A stretch of 40,944 nt of DNA from Roseobacter sp. (GCA_024636425.1 JAGXHB010000291.1:1-40944), one strand, 5' to 3'; positions 1-9,338 are shown, counted from the first letter of the stretch. Program-made: numbers and translations. Notes: generated by a model from the sequence alone, not told the origin.

Positions 1-345
1 AGGAACTTCGCCAAAGGCGGATAGAAAAATGTGCATGGAGATGATCACCCGATAAGAACAACAACCCCTCCAGAATCTATCCCGCCATCACCCGCAAGAG
101 CGATCCTTTACGCACTAAGTTCCAAACGCGATTCCCCTGCTATTAGTAGAGTACCGAATCGCGAGTTGTCTAGAATTTTTTGGCTCAATTTTGCTGCTGA
201 ATTACTCGCGAATTGCTATATTTAGCTGTGCTTGGCCAAGTCCTTACTATCTGTGGTAGAAATTGGCCAAGATGTTAAGGTCCGTCACCCCGTGGATCAG
301 ATTTTGGATGAAACGATCTGGCTTTAAAGCCCACATCCTGCAGAT

Positions 346-868
346 TTATTCTGACGGCTTGAAGGTCGAGCATTGTGCGGCTTTGGTCCGAGTACAATGA
401 CCGGCGAACGTCTTGAGACTGAGCGCAACGTTGTGTGCGTCGATATAGTCAGCGACCTGCAGGCGCAGCTGATCATCGCGGATGAAATAGGACCCTTTCA
501 CGTTCGACCAATGCCCGGCAGGCAATTTGAAATCGTTAAATCTGCCGAAAGACGTAGACATTTGCCCAAGGATTGTTTGGCTTGGTCAGGTAATGCTCGT
601 TCTCATTTATCTGACAGAACGCTTTGAACGCACCGATAGAGCCGCGATTGCGTTAACTTCTTGGAACGTTTCCTGCGGAAATACCTTGTCGGTCAGCGAA
701 AGCGGAATGGATGGCAGAAAAGCGCAGGGACAATCCCGCAGCGGCAGACGTTTGTCCCGCCGGAACGCGAAGATCAATACGCCCTCGGGTTCGGCGAGAA
801 CGATTGAACACGCCTCCTTTGGCCAGGTCTTCAAGTCTCGCTACTGAATCGCGCCAGTTTTACGGGAG
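346..868 (-). pseudogene. Probable decayed hypothetical gene (fragments 607-834 and 346-561), cut at its 5' side by an IS3 end
   Basis: Two co-directional protein-like ORF fragments separated by stops, directly abutting the IS3-like terminus at 869; family not recognised. Confidence 0.3.
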
Positions 869-1033
869 TAAAGTGGTCCTGCTTTTTAGGACAGGTTTAC
901 GGCTCTGCTAAGATGCGTCTGGTTTATCTTCTGGCCGCTTTTCATATTTCTGCTTAAATGAAGTATCCGGTGTCCAGCGTGCGCTTATCAAGGGCGGGGC
1001 GAGGGCGCTCTGAGTTGTAGAACCCGATCCAGT
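869..1033 (-). mobile_element. IS3-family right-end remnant
   Basis: Minus strand encodes WIGFYNSERPRPALDKRTLDTGYF, like the IS3 OrfB C-terminal YN..RPHSAL motif. It is followed by an IR-like end ...CCTGTCCTAAAAAGCAGGACCACTTTA. Confidence 0.6.
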
Positions 1034-1359
1034 TAGCCCCCCAACGTAAAACGAAAGAGGAGCATTTCAGACGTTCCGGCCTTCTTTAAGACATTGAAGG
1101 CTATATGATTTGCGACAATCTTTGAACTGCAATGTAAATATCTGTCTGTCAAAGGTGTTGGATCCATCACGGACATGGTGCGCACGATTGTAAGATTAGC
1201 GTAATACACCAAATTATGGGAACGTGATGCGGCTAGCTATCAAACGTGACGCTGCCAATGCCTTTGTATGGAGCTACCTTCACAAGCCGCCATACTGGTG
1301 GGTATAACATTATTCGAAGCTCGGATGGCCTGACGTCAGCACCCATCGGATGAAAAACT

Positions 1360-2061
1360 CTAGCCTGCCGTAACTCCAAAAATCATTCCCACGGCTCCGG
1401 TTGCCGCCATGGCAAGAGCGCCCCAAAATGTTACGCGCATAGCACCTTTTGCGACCCCCGCGCCACCTGCCATTGCGCCAAGACCACCCAGGACGGCCAA
1501 AGCGACAAGCGTTGTCAGCGCGACCACCAGTGAGATTTGCGCCGTTGGCGTCAGGATCGCCAAGATCATGGGCACGGCGGCCCCCACGCCAAAGGTCGCA
1601 GCAGACACCAAGGCCGCTTGAATGGGATGTGCGACAACTGTCTCGGATATGCCAAGCTCGTCACGCACATGCGCGCCCAATGCATCCTTTTCAGTCAGCT
1701 GAACCGCCACCTGACGGGCGAGCGTTTCGTCCAGCCCGCGTGCCACATAAATTCCTGTCAATTCTTCAAGTTCCGCCTGTGGAGTTTCCGCCAGCTCTTT
1801 CGTTTCGCGCTCGATATCCGCTTGCTCTGCATCGGTTTGCGAACTGACAGAGACATATTCACCAGCCGCCATCGACATGGCCCCCGCCACAAGACCGGCA
1901 AGACCAGCAATCAGAATTTCGGGCCGCCCCGACCCTGCGGTGGCCACGCCAACAACTAGGCTCGCTGTTGATACAAGACCGTCATTTGCACCAAGGACAG
2001 CGGCGCGCAGCCAGCCGATGCGATGCACCATGTGGACTTCAGAGTGGGTCAAACGGCTCAT
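1360..2061 (-). CDS. VIT1/CCC1 family Fe2+/Mn2+ transporter
   Basis: Signature WLRAAVLGANDGLVS and GAMSMAAGEYVSVSSQ; hydrophobic helices; ATGA overlap with the apbE stop. Confidence 0.93.
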   Translation of the reverse strand: MSRLTHSEVHMVHRIGWLRAAVLGANDGLVSTASLVVGVATAGSGRPEILIAGLAGLVAGAMSMAAGEYVSVSSQTDAEQADIERETKELAETPQAELEELTGIYVARGLDETLARQVAVQLTEKDALGAHVRDELGISETVVAHPIQAALVSAATFGVGAAVPMILAILTPTAQISLVVALTTLVALAVLGGLGAMAGGAGVAKGAMRVTFWGALAMAATGAVGMIFGVTAG

Positions 2062-3077
2062 TGTGTCTTTCCTTTTGCTTCAGCTTGGTTTTGAGAGTCC
2101 TCGGTCAAGGCTAAATAATCCCCGAATGGCTGGTCCGAAAACAGGCGACCAACTGCTTTGCTATGAATGCCCGTGCTGTCATCTCGCATCAAAAAAAGCG
2201 CATCAAGCCCGCGTTGCTGGGCCAGCTTTGCCCCTGCATCAACGCCCAGAACCATCAGCGCAGTGGCCCAGCCGTCCGCTTCGGCACATGTCTTTGCGAT
2301 CACGGTGACGGACGCAGGTGGCGCAAGCAGTGGTGCGCCCCGCGCCGGATCCATCGTGTGCGACAGGCGGTGGCCTTGCACCTCGACCCAATGGCGGTAG
2401 TCGCCGGATGTGGCGACGGCACCGTCTTGCAATGCAAGCACCGAATGCGGTGTGCGGCGGTCCGGGTCAGGAGCCTCAATGGCAATGGTCCATGGTGCGC
2501 CATCGGGCCGCAAGCCCATTGCGCGCATTTCACCGTCGATGCCCACCAGCCCCGCTGGAATACCAATGGCAACAAGAGTATCGGCCAGACGGTCAACGCC
2601 ATAACCTTTGGCAATCCCGTTCAAATCCAAAGTGACAGCAACGGCTTTACGGACGCGACCACCCTTTGCATCAATCTCAAGCGCAGTCTTGGCCCGATGA
2701 CGGCCCATAGCCGCACCTATTTGCACAGGGTCAGCAGCGTCCGCGCCGAACCCCCAAGCTGCAACCGCGTCCCCAAGCCCCATATCAAACGCCCCACCAG
2801 AGGCGCGCCCGATGTCGCGGCCAAGCTCAAGAACCTCAAGCAACTGCGCGGGGATTACCTGCCAAACGCCAACAGGTGCAGCATTCAGGCGCATCAGATC
2901 ACTGTCGGGTTTCCATGTGGACATCTGCGCGTCCACTTCGTCCACCACCGCCTGCAAGGCGATGCTCACAGGGTCAGGGTCAAAGCCCGGCTCAGCATAG
3001 AACAGCGCTGACCAGCGTGTGCCCATCGTCAGCCCGTGCAATGCGTGGCGTGTTGGATCAATAGACATCTTCGACAT
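2058..3077 (-). CDS. apbE: FAD:protein FMN transferase (ApbE family); alternative start at 3068
   Basis: TMGT, MSTWKPDSDLMRLN, DLNGIAKGYGVD, ATSGDY, SHTMDP and ADGWATAL motifs. Confidence 0.93.
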   Translation of the reverse strand: MSKMSIDPTRHALHGLTMGTRWSALFYAEPGFDPDPVSIALQAVVDEVDAQMSTWKPDSDLMRLNAAPVGVWQVIPAQLLEVLELGRDIGRASGGAFDMGLGDAVAAWGFGADAADPVQIGAAMGRHRAKTALEIDAKGGRVRKAVAVTLDLNGIAKGYGVDRLADTLVAIGIPAGLVGIDGEMRAMGLRPDGAPWTIAIEAPDPDRRTPHSVLALQDGAVATSGDYRHWVEVQGHRLSHTMDPARGAPLLAPPASVTVIAKTCAEADGWATALMVLGVDAGAKLAQQRGLDALFLMRDDSTGIHSKAVGRLFSDQPFGDYLALTEDSQNQAEAKGKTQ

Positions 3078-5265
3078 AACGCCCCTCTGCCCTCAGGGCT
3101 TGTGGCGTCAGCCCCATCGGTTTGAGAATTTCAGCCAACGCATCAGCAACACCCAATGCCATGCCGCGCCCGCCGCAAACCATCACGCGTGCGCCATCGC
3201 GGATCAGGCCAGCCACTTCGGCGCCGTGGGTCCGCAACAGGTCCTGCACATAGCTTGGGGTGTCGCCGCGGGATACAGCCCTTGCAAGATGGGTCAGATG
3301 CCCACCTGCCTGCCATGCGGCCAAGTCTTCGCCATACAAAAAGTCATTCTGCGGATGGCGTATTCCGAAGAACAGATGGATCGGCCTATGCTGTTTATTA
3401 CCACGGATGAACCCCGCCAGCGGGCCGATCCCCGTTCCGGCACCGATCAGGATCAAAGGCGCGCGACCTTTGCCCGGTTTGAAACCGGGATTGTGGCGCA
3501 GATATCCCTTGGCCGTATCGCCCGGCGAAAGCTGGGTCAGTTGTGCAGAACACAGCCCGCTTGGCTGGCGCTTTACAACAATCTCGATAAACCCGTCGCG
3601 TCTGTCAGAGGCCAGTGAATAAAGCCGCGGAATGGCAGAGCCTTCTGGAATGATGCCCAACAGATCACCGGCCTCGAACCGGGCAAAGCCTTGGCCCGTC
3701 AGCTTTTGCCACAAGGACACGCGCGGCAGGGCAAAGCGCAGGATTGCGGTAGGTGCCTGCATTTCCGCCCCGTAGTCGCGCCGCGAGACGAGCGTAAGCG
3801 TCTCGGTTGCTGGGATAATAGGCTGGTGAGCCAGTTCAAGCTCAATTCCAAGCGCCTTGCCCAGCACGCGCCCCCATCGTGCGAAATCCTGCGGCGACTG
3901 GCGGTCGATGGTGTCGAAGGGTGTCAGCATGTCCCAGCCTTGGCTTGCAGCAACGTCCGCAACCGTCTCTGCAAAGCCACAGTAATTTGGATAGCTGCGA
4001 TCGCCAAACCCCAGTACCGCGATCGGTGCGGTGGGCACGGTGCCAGAGGCTTTCAGGCGGTCAAGGAAGCCCTTGGCGGTTTCTGGTGCATCGCCGTCGC
4101 CATAGGTTGCGGCAAGGATCACGAACCGCTGTGCCTTGGCGTGGTGCGCCGGGTCAAAGCCGGACATCGGTGCTGCGTGAACCGTCTGACCTGCAGCACT
4201 CAGCGCGCGGTGAAGCGTCGCGGCAAAGCCCCAGGTGCTGCCACCCTCGCTGCCGACCAAAAGGATCGTCTCTGCCTTGGCGGCAGGCTGGTTGCCAGCG
4301 ATACGCGGTCTGCTGCGCCGTCCTGCCAGCCACAGCAGGACACCCGTCCCCCCAAGAACCGGCACGCCAAGCGCCATCAGCCCCAGGATCACCCCAAGCA
4401 AAGCAGCCCCTTGACCAGTGTGCAGCATGTAGATCGTTTCCGAGACATGTTCCCACCCCGTCAGATCGGTCCAGCCCAAAGCGGCCCCCGTCCCCTGATC
4501 CAGATATCCTGTGCCCTGATCGGTCTTCAGAGTGAAGACGTCGGTTGCATCGCCCGGATAAGGGAAGTTCAAATCGCGCAGTTCGGCAACGGGTGTCTGT
4601 CCCAGCAGAGCTATTTCCGTAAGGGCGACACCAGTTCCTCCGCTGACTTCGGCCGGAAACACTGGTGCGGATGCGGTGATCGGGATCAGATCGAAGGTTG
4701 AAGCCGTCATCCAAAGCGCGGTCATCGAGGACAAGACAAGGCCCAGAACCGCGACCCGCGCAATTTCGACATGCAGACGCCCGGACAAAGGGCCGCGCAA
4801 GGGCGCAAACCAACGACGCAGTCCGCCCGCACGGCGCGCCACAAGGACAGCGCCCGACACTGATAGGACCAGCATTGCCGCCGCACCAAGGGCCACGGCG
4901 ATCCGCCCGCCATCGCCCAGAAACAGCGACCGGTGCAGATTGGTCAGCCACCGCGCGACCTGATTGGGGTCAGCGGACCCCACGCCTTCGCCAGTAGCAG
5001 GGTCAATGACCGCAGCCCCCGGTGTGCCATCCACGAACCAATATGCCATGATCTGACCCGACGGCGACCGCCGGATTTGTTCGACACCGGGAAAGGCAGT
5101 CTGGACGCGGGTCGCAAGAGTTGCGACGCTAAGCCCGGTATCAGCCTGCGGTGCAGTCAGACGCTCTGCCGCAGGAAAGATCGACAGCGCTGCCCCACTC
5201 AGCGTCAGGACAACAAGAAGTGCTGCGGCCAAAAGACCCGGCCAACGGTGCAAAGAACGGATCAT
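3058..5265 (-). CDS. PepSY-associated TM domain fused to flavodoxin and ferredoxin-NADP reductase-like domains (membrane diflavin oxidoreductase)
   Basis: TM helices with His (LHRW, NLHRSL, RLHVE, MLHTG); flavodoxin motifs GSEGGST and ATYGDGDAP; FNR motifs RLYSLAS, GLCS, GAGTGIGP, VCGG and C-terminal DVY. Confidence 0.9.
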   Translation of the reverse strand: MIRSLHRWPGLLAAALLVVLTLSGAALSIFPAAERLTAPQADTGLSVATLATRVQTAFPGVEQIRRSPSGQIMAYWFVDGTPGAAVIDPATGEGVGSADPNQVARWLTNLHRSLFLGDGGRIAVALGAAAMLVLSVSGAVLVARRAGGLRRWFAPLRGPLSGRLHVEIARVAVLGLVLSSMTALWMTASTFDLIPITASAPVFPAEVSGGTGVALTEIALLGQTPVAELRDLNFPYPGDATDVFTLKTDQGTGYLDQGTGAALGWTDLTGWEHVSETIYMLHTGQGAALLGVILGLMALGVPVLGGTGVLLWLAGRRSRPRIAGNQPAAKAETILLVGSEGGSTWGFAATLHRALSAAGQTVHAAPMSGFDPAHHAKAQRFVILAATYGDGDAPETAKGFLDRLKASGTVPTAPIAVLGFGDRSYPNYCGFAETVADVAASQGWDMLTPFDTIDRQSPQDFARWGRVLGKALGIELELAHQPIIPATETLTLVSRRDYGAEMQAPTAILRFALPRVSLWQKLTGQGFARFEAGDLLGIIPEGSAIPRLYSLASDRRDGFIEIVVKRQPSGLCSAQLTQLSPGDTAKGYLRHNPGFKPGKGRAPLILIGAGTGIGPLAGFIRGNKQHRPIHLFFGIRHPQNDFLYGEDLAAWQAGGHLTHLARAVSRGDTPSYVQDLLRTHGAEVAGLIRDGARVMVCGGRGMALGVADALAEILKPMGLTPQALRAEGRYVEDVY

Positions 5266-5277
5266 CGCCGGGCCTCC

Positions 5278-5748
5278 TTACATGTCGTAGGTGAAATCAG
5301 CGATGTATCGGCGCCCTTTGACCGGGGTGCCTGACCCGTCTGTCGTCAGGGGCACAGCAACTTCGTTCGGGCTATCGCGCATGTCCTCGACGGCGGCATC
5401 GATATGAAGGGTATAGCCCGCATCAAACAGCGCGTCAGCCAGATCAAGCGTGATCTCAAGCGTCCGACCTGCACCGACGCTGGCACCTGTAATCCCGTTG
5501 ATCTGCGCGGCGTCGCCAGCGGTGGCACGGTACCAGTCGCTGAGGTGCTCGTAATACTTCGACTTACCCCCGGCCATCCAGAGGCTGCCAACATAGGCCC
5601 CGGCAGGATCGGTGACATAGAACGCAAGATATGCCCCATCGCCCCCGTAATTGTTCAGCGTTGTGGTCACTGTGACAGGGCGCGCCATTGCGAGCCCGGG
5701 GAGCGTGAGCGCCGTGGTCAGCGCCAGTGTTGCAAGAAGTGATTTCAT
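5278..5748 (-). CDS. DUF2271-like secreted protein with putative flavinylation motif
   Basis: Sec-type signal peptide ending AMA; GAYLAFYV and NGITGASVG ([S/T]GA[S/T] motif); in an operon with apbE. Confidence 0.8.
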   Translation of the reverse strand: MKSLLATLALTTALTLPGLAMARPVTVTTTLNNYGGDGAYLAFYVTDPAGAYVGSLWMAGGKSKYYEHLSDWYRATAGDAAQINGITGASVGAGRTLEITLDLADALFDAGYTLHIDAAVEDMRDSPNEVAVPLTTDGSGTPVKGRRYIADFTYDM

Positions 5749-5780
5749 GGGGAATGTGCCTTCTTAGAAAAGTGGGAGTT

Positions 5781-6152
5781 TTAGTTCATCTGCGCTTTGG
5801 GAGGTGCCCCATTGCCGAAAAGCCCGTTTTGCGGTGGGGCGACGGTCCCTGCGGGCGATGCGTTACGGGCGTTGCCGCCGCAATCATCGTCGTCGTCGTC
5901 ATCATCTTCGCAGTCGTCATCATCGCTGCCGTATTTGCGGTCATCGTCGTCTTCTTCCGAGCGCGAGCCTTTGCGATACTTGCGGTCGTCATCGTCATCG
6001 CCACTGGCAAGGATCAGTGGCACCGCATCTTGACCAACCTCAAAGACCGCCGCGAAAGGCAGATCGCTTGTGCGCAACGCGCTCCAGGCTGGCGCGCCGA
6101 TAGCTGCCGTAAGCGCGGTTGTGGCCGCAAGAAGTGTGAGCGTCTTTTTCAT
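5781..6152 (-). CDS. Secreted Asp-rich hypothetical protein
   Basis: GGAGA RBS, signal peptide ending PAWS, poly-Asp tracts, C-terminal GTVAPPQNGLFG. Confidence 0.75.
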   Translation of the reverse strand: MKKTLTLLAATTALTAAIGAPAWSALRTSDLPFAAVFEVGQDAVPLILASGDDDDDRKYRKGSRSEEDDDDRKYGSDDDDCEDDDDDDDDCGGNARNASPAGTVAPPQNGLFGNGAPPKAQMN

Positions 6153-6197
6153 AATTATGTCTCCGTTTCTGTGATGGGATCAATCTGGGCTCCCCAC

Positions 6198-6246
6198 CTG
6201 AGGTCTTCCTGACGCGCCACCATTTTTTGCTTCAGCTTGACGTCAG
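6198..6246. promoter_or_regulatory. Putative OmpR-family response-regulator operator (two 11-bp-spaced direct-repeat pairs)
   Basis: CTGAG(6198)/CTGAC(6209), then TTCAG(6231)/GTCAG(6242); the same architecture recurs at 6719-6768. Confidence 0.6.
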
Positions 6247-6268
6247 AAAGCGGACGACAAGACCGCTG

Positions 6269-6300
6269 AAAGAAAAAGCCCCACCGGCCATGGTGGGGCT
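6269..6300 (-). terminator. Rho-independent terminator downstream of the small PepSY gene
   Basis: Perfect 9-bp stem AGCCCCACC/GGTGGGGCT (6277-6300) followed by a T-run on the minus strand. Confidence 0.75.
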
Positions 6301-6383
6301 AAGGAACCTGCGAAGCATGCGCGCGTTCAAGATATGTCGCCCTGACAAAGACCATTGTCTTGGACACATGCGCGCCTGATGTC

Positions 6384-6668
6384 TCAGTCATCGTCATCAT
6401 CCTCGTATTCAAATTCAATAACGGCCAAAGTCTGCGGATGGACGGTCACCTCGATCCGGCGCCCCTGCGCATCGCGGCCGTCAATTTCGTAGCACCCATC
6501 GTCGATCTTGATCCGGCGCACGGTCCAGCCGTTGTCTCGCGCCATCTGCGCCACCACTTCACGCGGTTGCCAATCTGCCATGGGCACAAAACAATCATCA
6601 TCGTCAGCAATCGCGGCACCTGTTGAAAGAGCCACGATAAATGCGAATGTTGTCAGTATCTTCTTCAT
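6384..6668 (-). CDS. Small secreted PepSY-domain protein
   Basis: GGAG RBS; MKKILTT signal peptide; GWTVRRIKIDDGCYEIDG...IEVTVHP pattern of PepSY_2. Confidence 0.88.
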   Translation of the reverse strand: MKKILTTFAFIVALSTGAAIADDDDCFVPMADWQPREVVAQMARDNGWTVRRIKIDDGCYEIDGRDAQGRRIEVTVHPQTLAVIEFEYEDDDDD

Positions 6669-6718
6669 GCGGCAAACTCCGGATTGCGGCGAATTTCGTT
6701 GCACCCTGCGTCACCAAC

Positions 6719-6768
6719 CTGACAGGTACCTGAAGCACGCAAGCTGATTTACGTCAGTCTCGCGTAAG
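6719..6768. promoter_or_regulatory. Putative OmpR-family operator in the divergent PepSY/regulator promoter
   Basis: CTGAC(6719)/CTGAA(6730), then GTCAG(6753)/GTAAG(6764), each pair 11 bp apart. Confidence 0.6.
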
Positions 6769-6813
6769 CGTCATTGTAGAATATGGCGTGAAAAACAAAG
6801 GAACCCGAACCCC

Positions 6814-7473
6814 ATGCGCATTCTGCTGATCGAGGATGATACCGTTCTGGGCGCCGCCGTGCGCGACCAGATTGCCGCCGATGGCCAATCCGTGGACTGG
6901 GTGACACGCCTTGATGCGGCAGATGACACGATGGCGGTCGCCGCTTACGATCTGATCCTGCTTGATCTGATGCTGCCCGATGGCCTTGGCGTCGGGTTTC
7001 TAAAGCGTCTGCGCCAACGGGGCGACGTGACCCCGGTGATCATTCTGACAGCCCTTGACCAGATCTCGGACCGGATCGAAGGGTTGAATGCGGGTGCTGA
7101 CGATTATCTGGTCAAACCTTTCGATCTGTCGGAACTGACAGCGCGGATCGGGTCGGTCGCCCGCCGCTACAGTGGCAATCCAAACCCCATCATCACCCAC
7201 GGCGCGCTCGACATCGACATTGCCGCGCGCAGCATCCACCGGGCTGGTAAATCCGTACAACTGACCGCGCGTGAATGGGCCTTGTTTGATGCGTTGCTGG
7301 CACGTCCCGGACAGTTGCTTTCAAAGGGCCAGCTTGAAGACAAGCTTTATGCCCACGGTGCCGAAGTCGAAAGCAACACCATCGAAGTCCACATCAGCCG
7401 GCTGCGCAAGAAACTCGGGGCTAAGGTGATACAGACCGAACGCGGCATGGGCTACCGTCTGGGCCCTTCATGA
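6814..7473 (+). CDS. OmpR/PhoB-family response regulator (QseB/BasR-like)
   Basis: MRILLIEDD, LLDLMLPD, GADDYLVKPF; winged helix SNTIEVHISRLRKKL...RGMGY. Confidence 0.95.
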   Translation: MRILLIEDDTVLGAAVRDQIAADGQSVDWVTRLDAADDTMAVAAYDLILLDLMLPDGLGVGFLKRLRQRGDVTPVIILTALDQISDRIEGLNAGADDYLVKPFDLSELTARIGSVARRYSGNPNPIITHGALDIDIAARSIHRAGKSVQLTAREWALFDALLARPGQLLSKGQLEDKLYAHGAEVESNTIEVHISRLRKKLGAKVIQTERGMGYRLGPS

Positions 7474-8807
7474 GGCTACCCCGCAGCCTTCAGGCCCGTC
7501 TTGGGCTATTCTTGGGATTGGGGCTGACACTGCTTTGGATCGCCACTGCGACGGTGACGGCTGTCAATCTTCGGCATGAAATGGACGAGGTTTTCGATTC
7601 AGCGCTGCAAGAAACGGCGCAACGCCTCTTGCCACTTGCGGTGCAAGAAATTGTTGGCCGCGACGACGATGGTGTCACCCAACGTCTGGGTGCAGTCCGT
7701 GAACATAGCGAGTTTTTCACTTACATCGTCCGGGATGCGCAGGGGCGTATCCTGCTGCAATCGCATTCCGCCGATCCAAAGGTCTTTCCCGCCTATGACG
7801 GAGCGGGATTTCGTCAGACGCCAACCCACAGAATTTTTAATGAAGATGCCCTGCAAGGCAGTGTTCGCATCTCCGTGGCCGAACCGCTTGAGCACCGCGC
7901 GGAGGTCGCACGCAGCATAGAGATGGGGCTTGGGCTACCCCTTCTGGCGGTGATCCCTCTTGCTTTGCTTGCGATCGCTCTGACCGTTCGGGCAAGCTTT
8001 GCCTCGGTGCGCCGTTTCCGCGACGTGCTTGGGGCGCGGGATGCACGCGATCTTTCGCCCGTTCCGGCAGATGATATCCCATTGGAAATGACACCTGTTG
8101 CGGCAACTCTGAATGATCTGTTGGCCCGCCTCAAAGGGTCATTCGACGCCGAACGCAGCTTTGCGGCCAACGCAGCACATGAATTGCGCACACCGCTCGC
8201 TGGCGCGATTGCGCAGGCACAGCGTCTTCAGTCAGAAACACAGGACAAAGCTGCGGCCGCGCGGGCCGCCGACATCGAGACGACCTTGAAACGGCTCACC
8301 CGCTTTTCAGAACGGCTGATGCAACTTGCGCGTGCCGAAGGCGGTCGCCTACGATTGGATCAAACCTCGGACCTGCGCACCATAGCCAAAATCATTGTTG
8401 ACGAGGCTGCGCGCACATCACCGAAGGGACGTATTGATCTGACGCTTGCGCAGAACCCGGTGCTCTCAGATCTTGACCCCGACGCCCTTGGTATTCTGCT
8501 GCGCAACCTGATCGAGAACGCGATCCGCCATGGCGCGGAAACGGCACCTATAGACATCTCGCTTTCGCAAAACGGCACATTGAGCGTTGCAAACGCAGGG
8601 CCCGTGTTACCCCCAGAAAAGTTGAAGACCCTGACCTCCCGTTTTGAACGTGCCGGCCTCAACACCACCGGAAGCGGCCTTGGCCTTGCGATTGTCGCGG
8701 CAATTGCGGAACGGATCGGGAGCGAGCTTTTGATTGCATCCCCTCGGAGGGGCAAAAAGGACGGCTTTGAAGTGCGCATCAAGCTACCGATTTCTGCTAG
8801 AGCGTAA
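7470..8807 (+). CDS. Sensor histidine kinase (QseC-like)
   Basis: Two TM helices, H-box AAHELRTPL, N-box NLIENA, G2 box GSGLGL; ATGA overlap with the regulator. Confidence 0.95.
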   Translation: MRLPRSLQARLGLFLGLGLTLLWIATATVTAVNLRHEMDEVFDSALQETAQRLLPLAVQEIVGRDDDGVTQRLGAVREHSEFFTYIVRDAQGRILLQSHSADPKVFPAYDGAGFRQTPTHRIFNEDALQGSVRISVAEPLEHRAEVARSIEMGLGLPLLAVIPLALLAIALTVRASFASVRRFRDVLGARDARDLSPVPADDIPLEMTPVAATLNDLLARLKGSFDAERSFAANAAHELRTPLAGAIAQAQRLQSETQDKAAAARAADIETTLKRLTRFSERLMQLARAEGGRLRLDQTSDLRTIAKIIVDEAARTSPKGRIDLTLAQNPVLSDLDPDALGILLRNLIENAIRHGAETAPIDISLSQNGTLSVANAGPVLPPEKLKTLTSRFERAGLNTTGSGLGLAIVAAIAERIGSELLIASPRRGKKDGFEVRIKLPISARA

Positions 8808-9080
8808 ACTTTGGGCCGGTTTCCACCCCTTGGTCAGCAGTAAAACATCTGTCGCTTTGGGGGCCGCACAGACGTGAGACGCAGAACATCAGTTCGTCTA
8901 CGGCAGGGTTGCCAGAGGCCCCTCCGAGGGGGACGTTAGCCGACTGGAGGGACTGTCATAAATATCAAACTAAACGGCCATTGGCCATTTTTCCGAACGC
9001 TGCGGTGCCGTCCTCGAATTGCGGAAATTGGCCATAGTGTGCATCGAAGCGGTCAGAATAGCCGTTTTCGGGGTCGGGTG

Positions 9081-9170
9081 TGTCAACGGCGGACACAAAA
9101 CCGGCCGCGCAAACCTGTATCGTCCACCTCGTGCGCCATTTGCTGAATTTCTGCGCTTGGAAGGATCGCA
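9081..9170. mobile_element. Possible IS21-family terminal remnant
   Basis: TGTCAACGGCGGACACAAAACCGGCC resembles IS21-type ends (from memory); no transposase remains. Confidence 0.35.
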
Positions 9171-9300
9171 AGGACGGGGTCTCGTAAGGCCGCTGGATGT
9201 TGCGATAGGTACTGCATCGCGACGAAATTCGTTTGTGTATCTCATTGCCCTTTGTAATCTCCTTCATAGTAAATATTGCTGAAAGAAACCGGACCTAAAA
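9170..9300 (-). mobile_element. IS3-family left-end remnant (start of orfA)
   Basis: MRYTNEFRRDAVPIATSSGLTR from 9245 is an IS3 OrfA N-terminus paralogous to the neighbouring OrfA. The IR-like sequence upstream is cut at 9300. Confidence 0.7.
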
Positions 9301-9338
9301 TGGACCTGTCGCGCTTTTGTGCCGCTCCAGGTGCTCGT

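Noticed and set aside
1-240. ORF 31-225 and a possible minus-strand start (MHIFLSAFGEVP) running off the window
   Set aside because: No motif or RBS support and too little sequence to call.
5880-6002. Repeated TCG/TCA triplets resembling a microsatellite or array
   Set aside because: These are the Asp codons of the secreted acidic protein; there is no spacer-repeat structure, so it is not a CRISPR array.
8901-8932. Possible second copy of the 36-bp element
   Set aside because: Only partial similarity (CGGCAG...GAGGGGG) and the CACTGCC start is missing; mentioned in a finding but not called as a feature.
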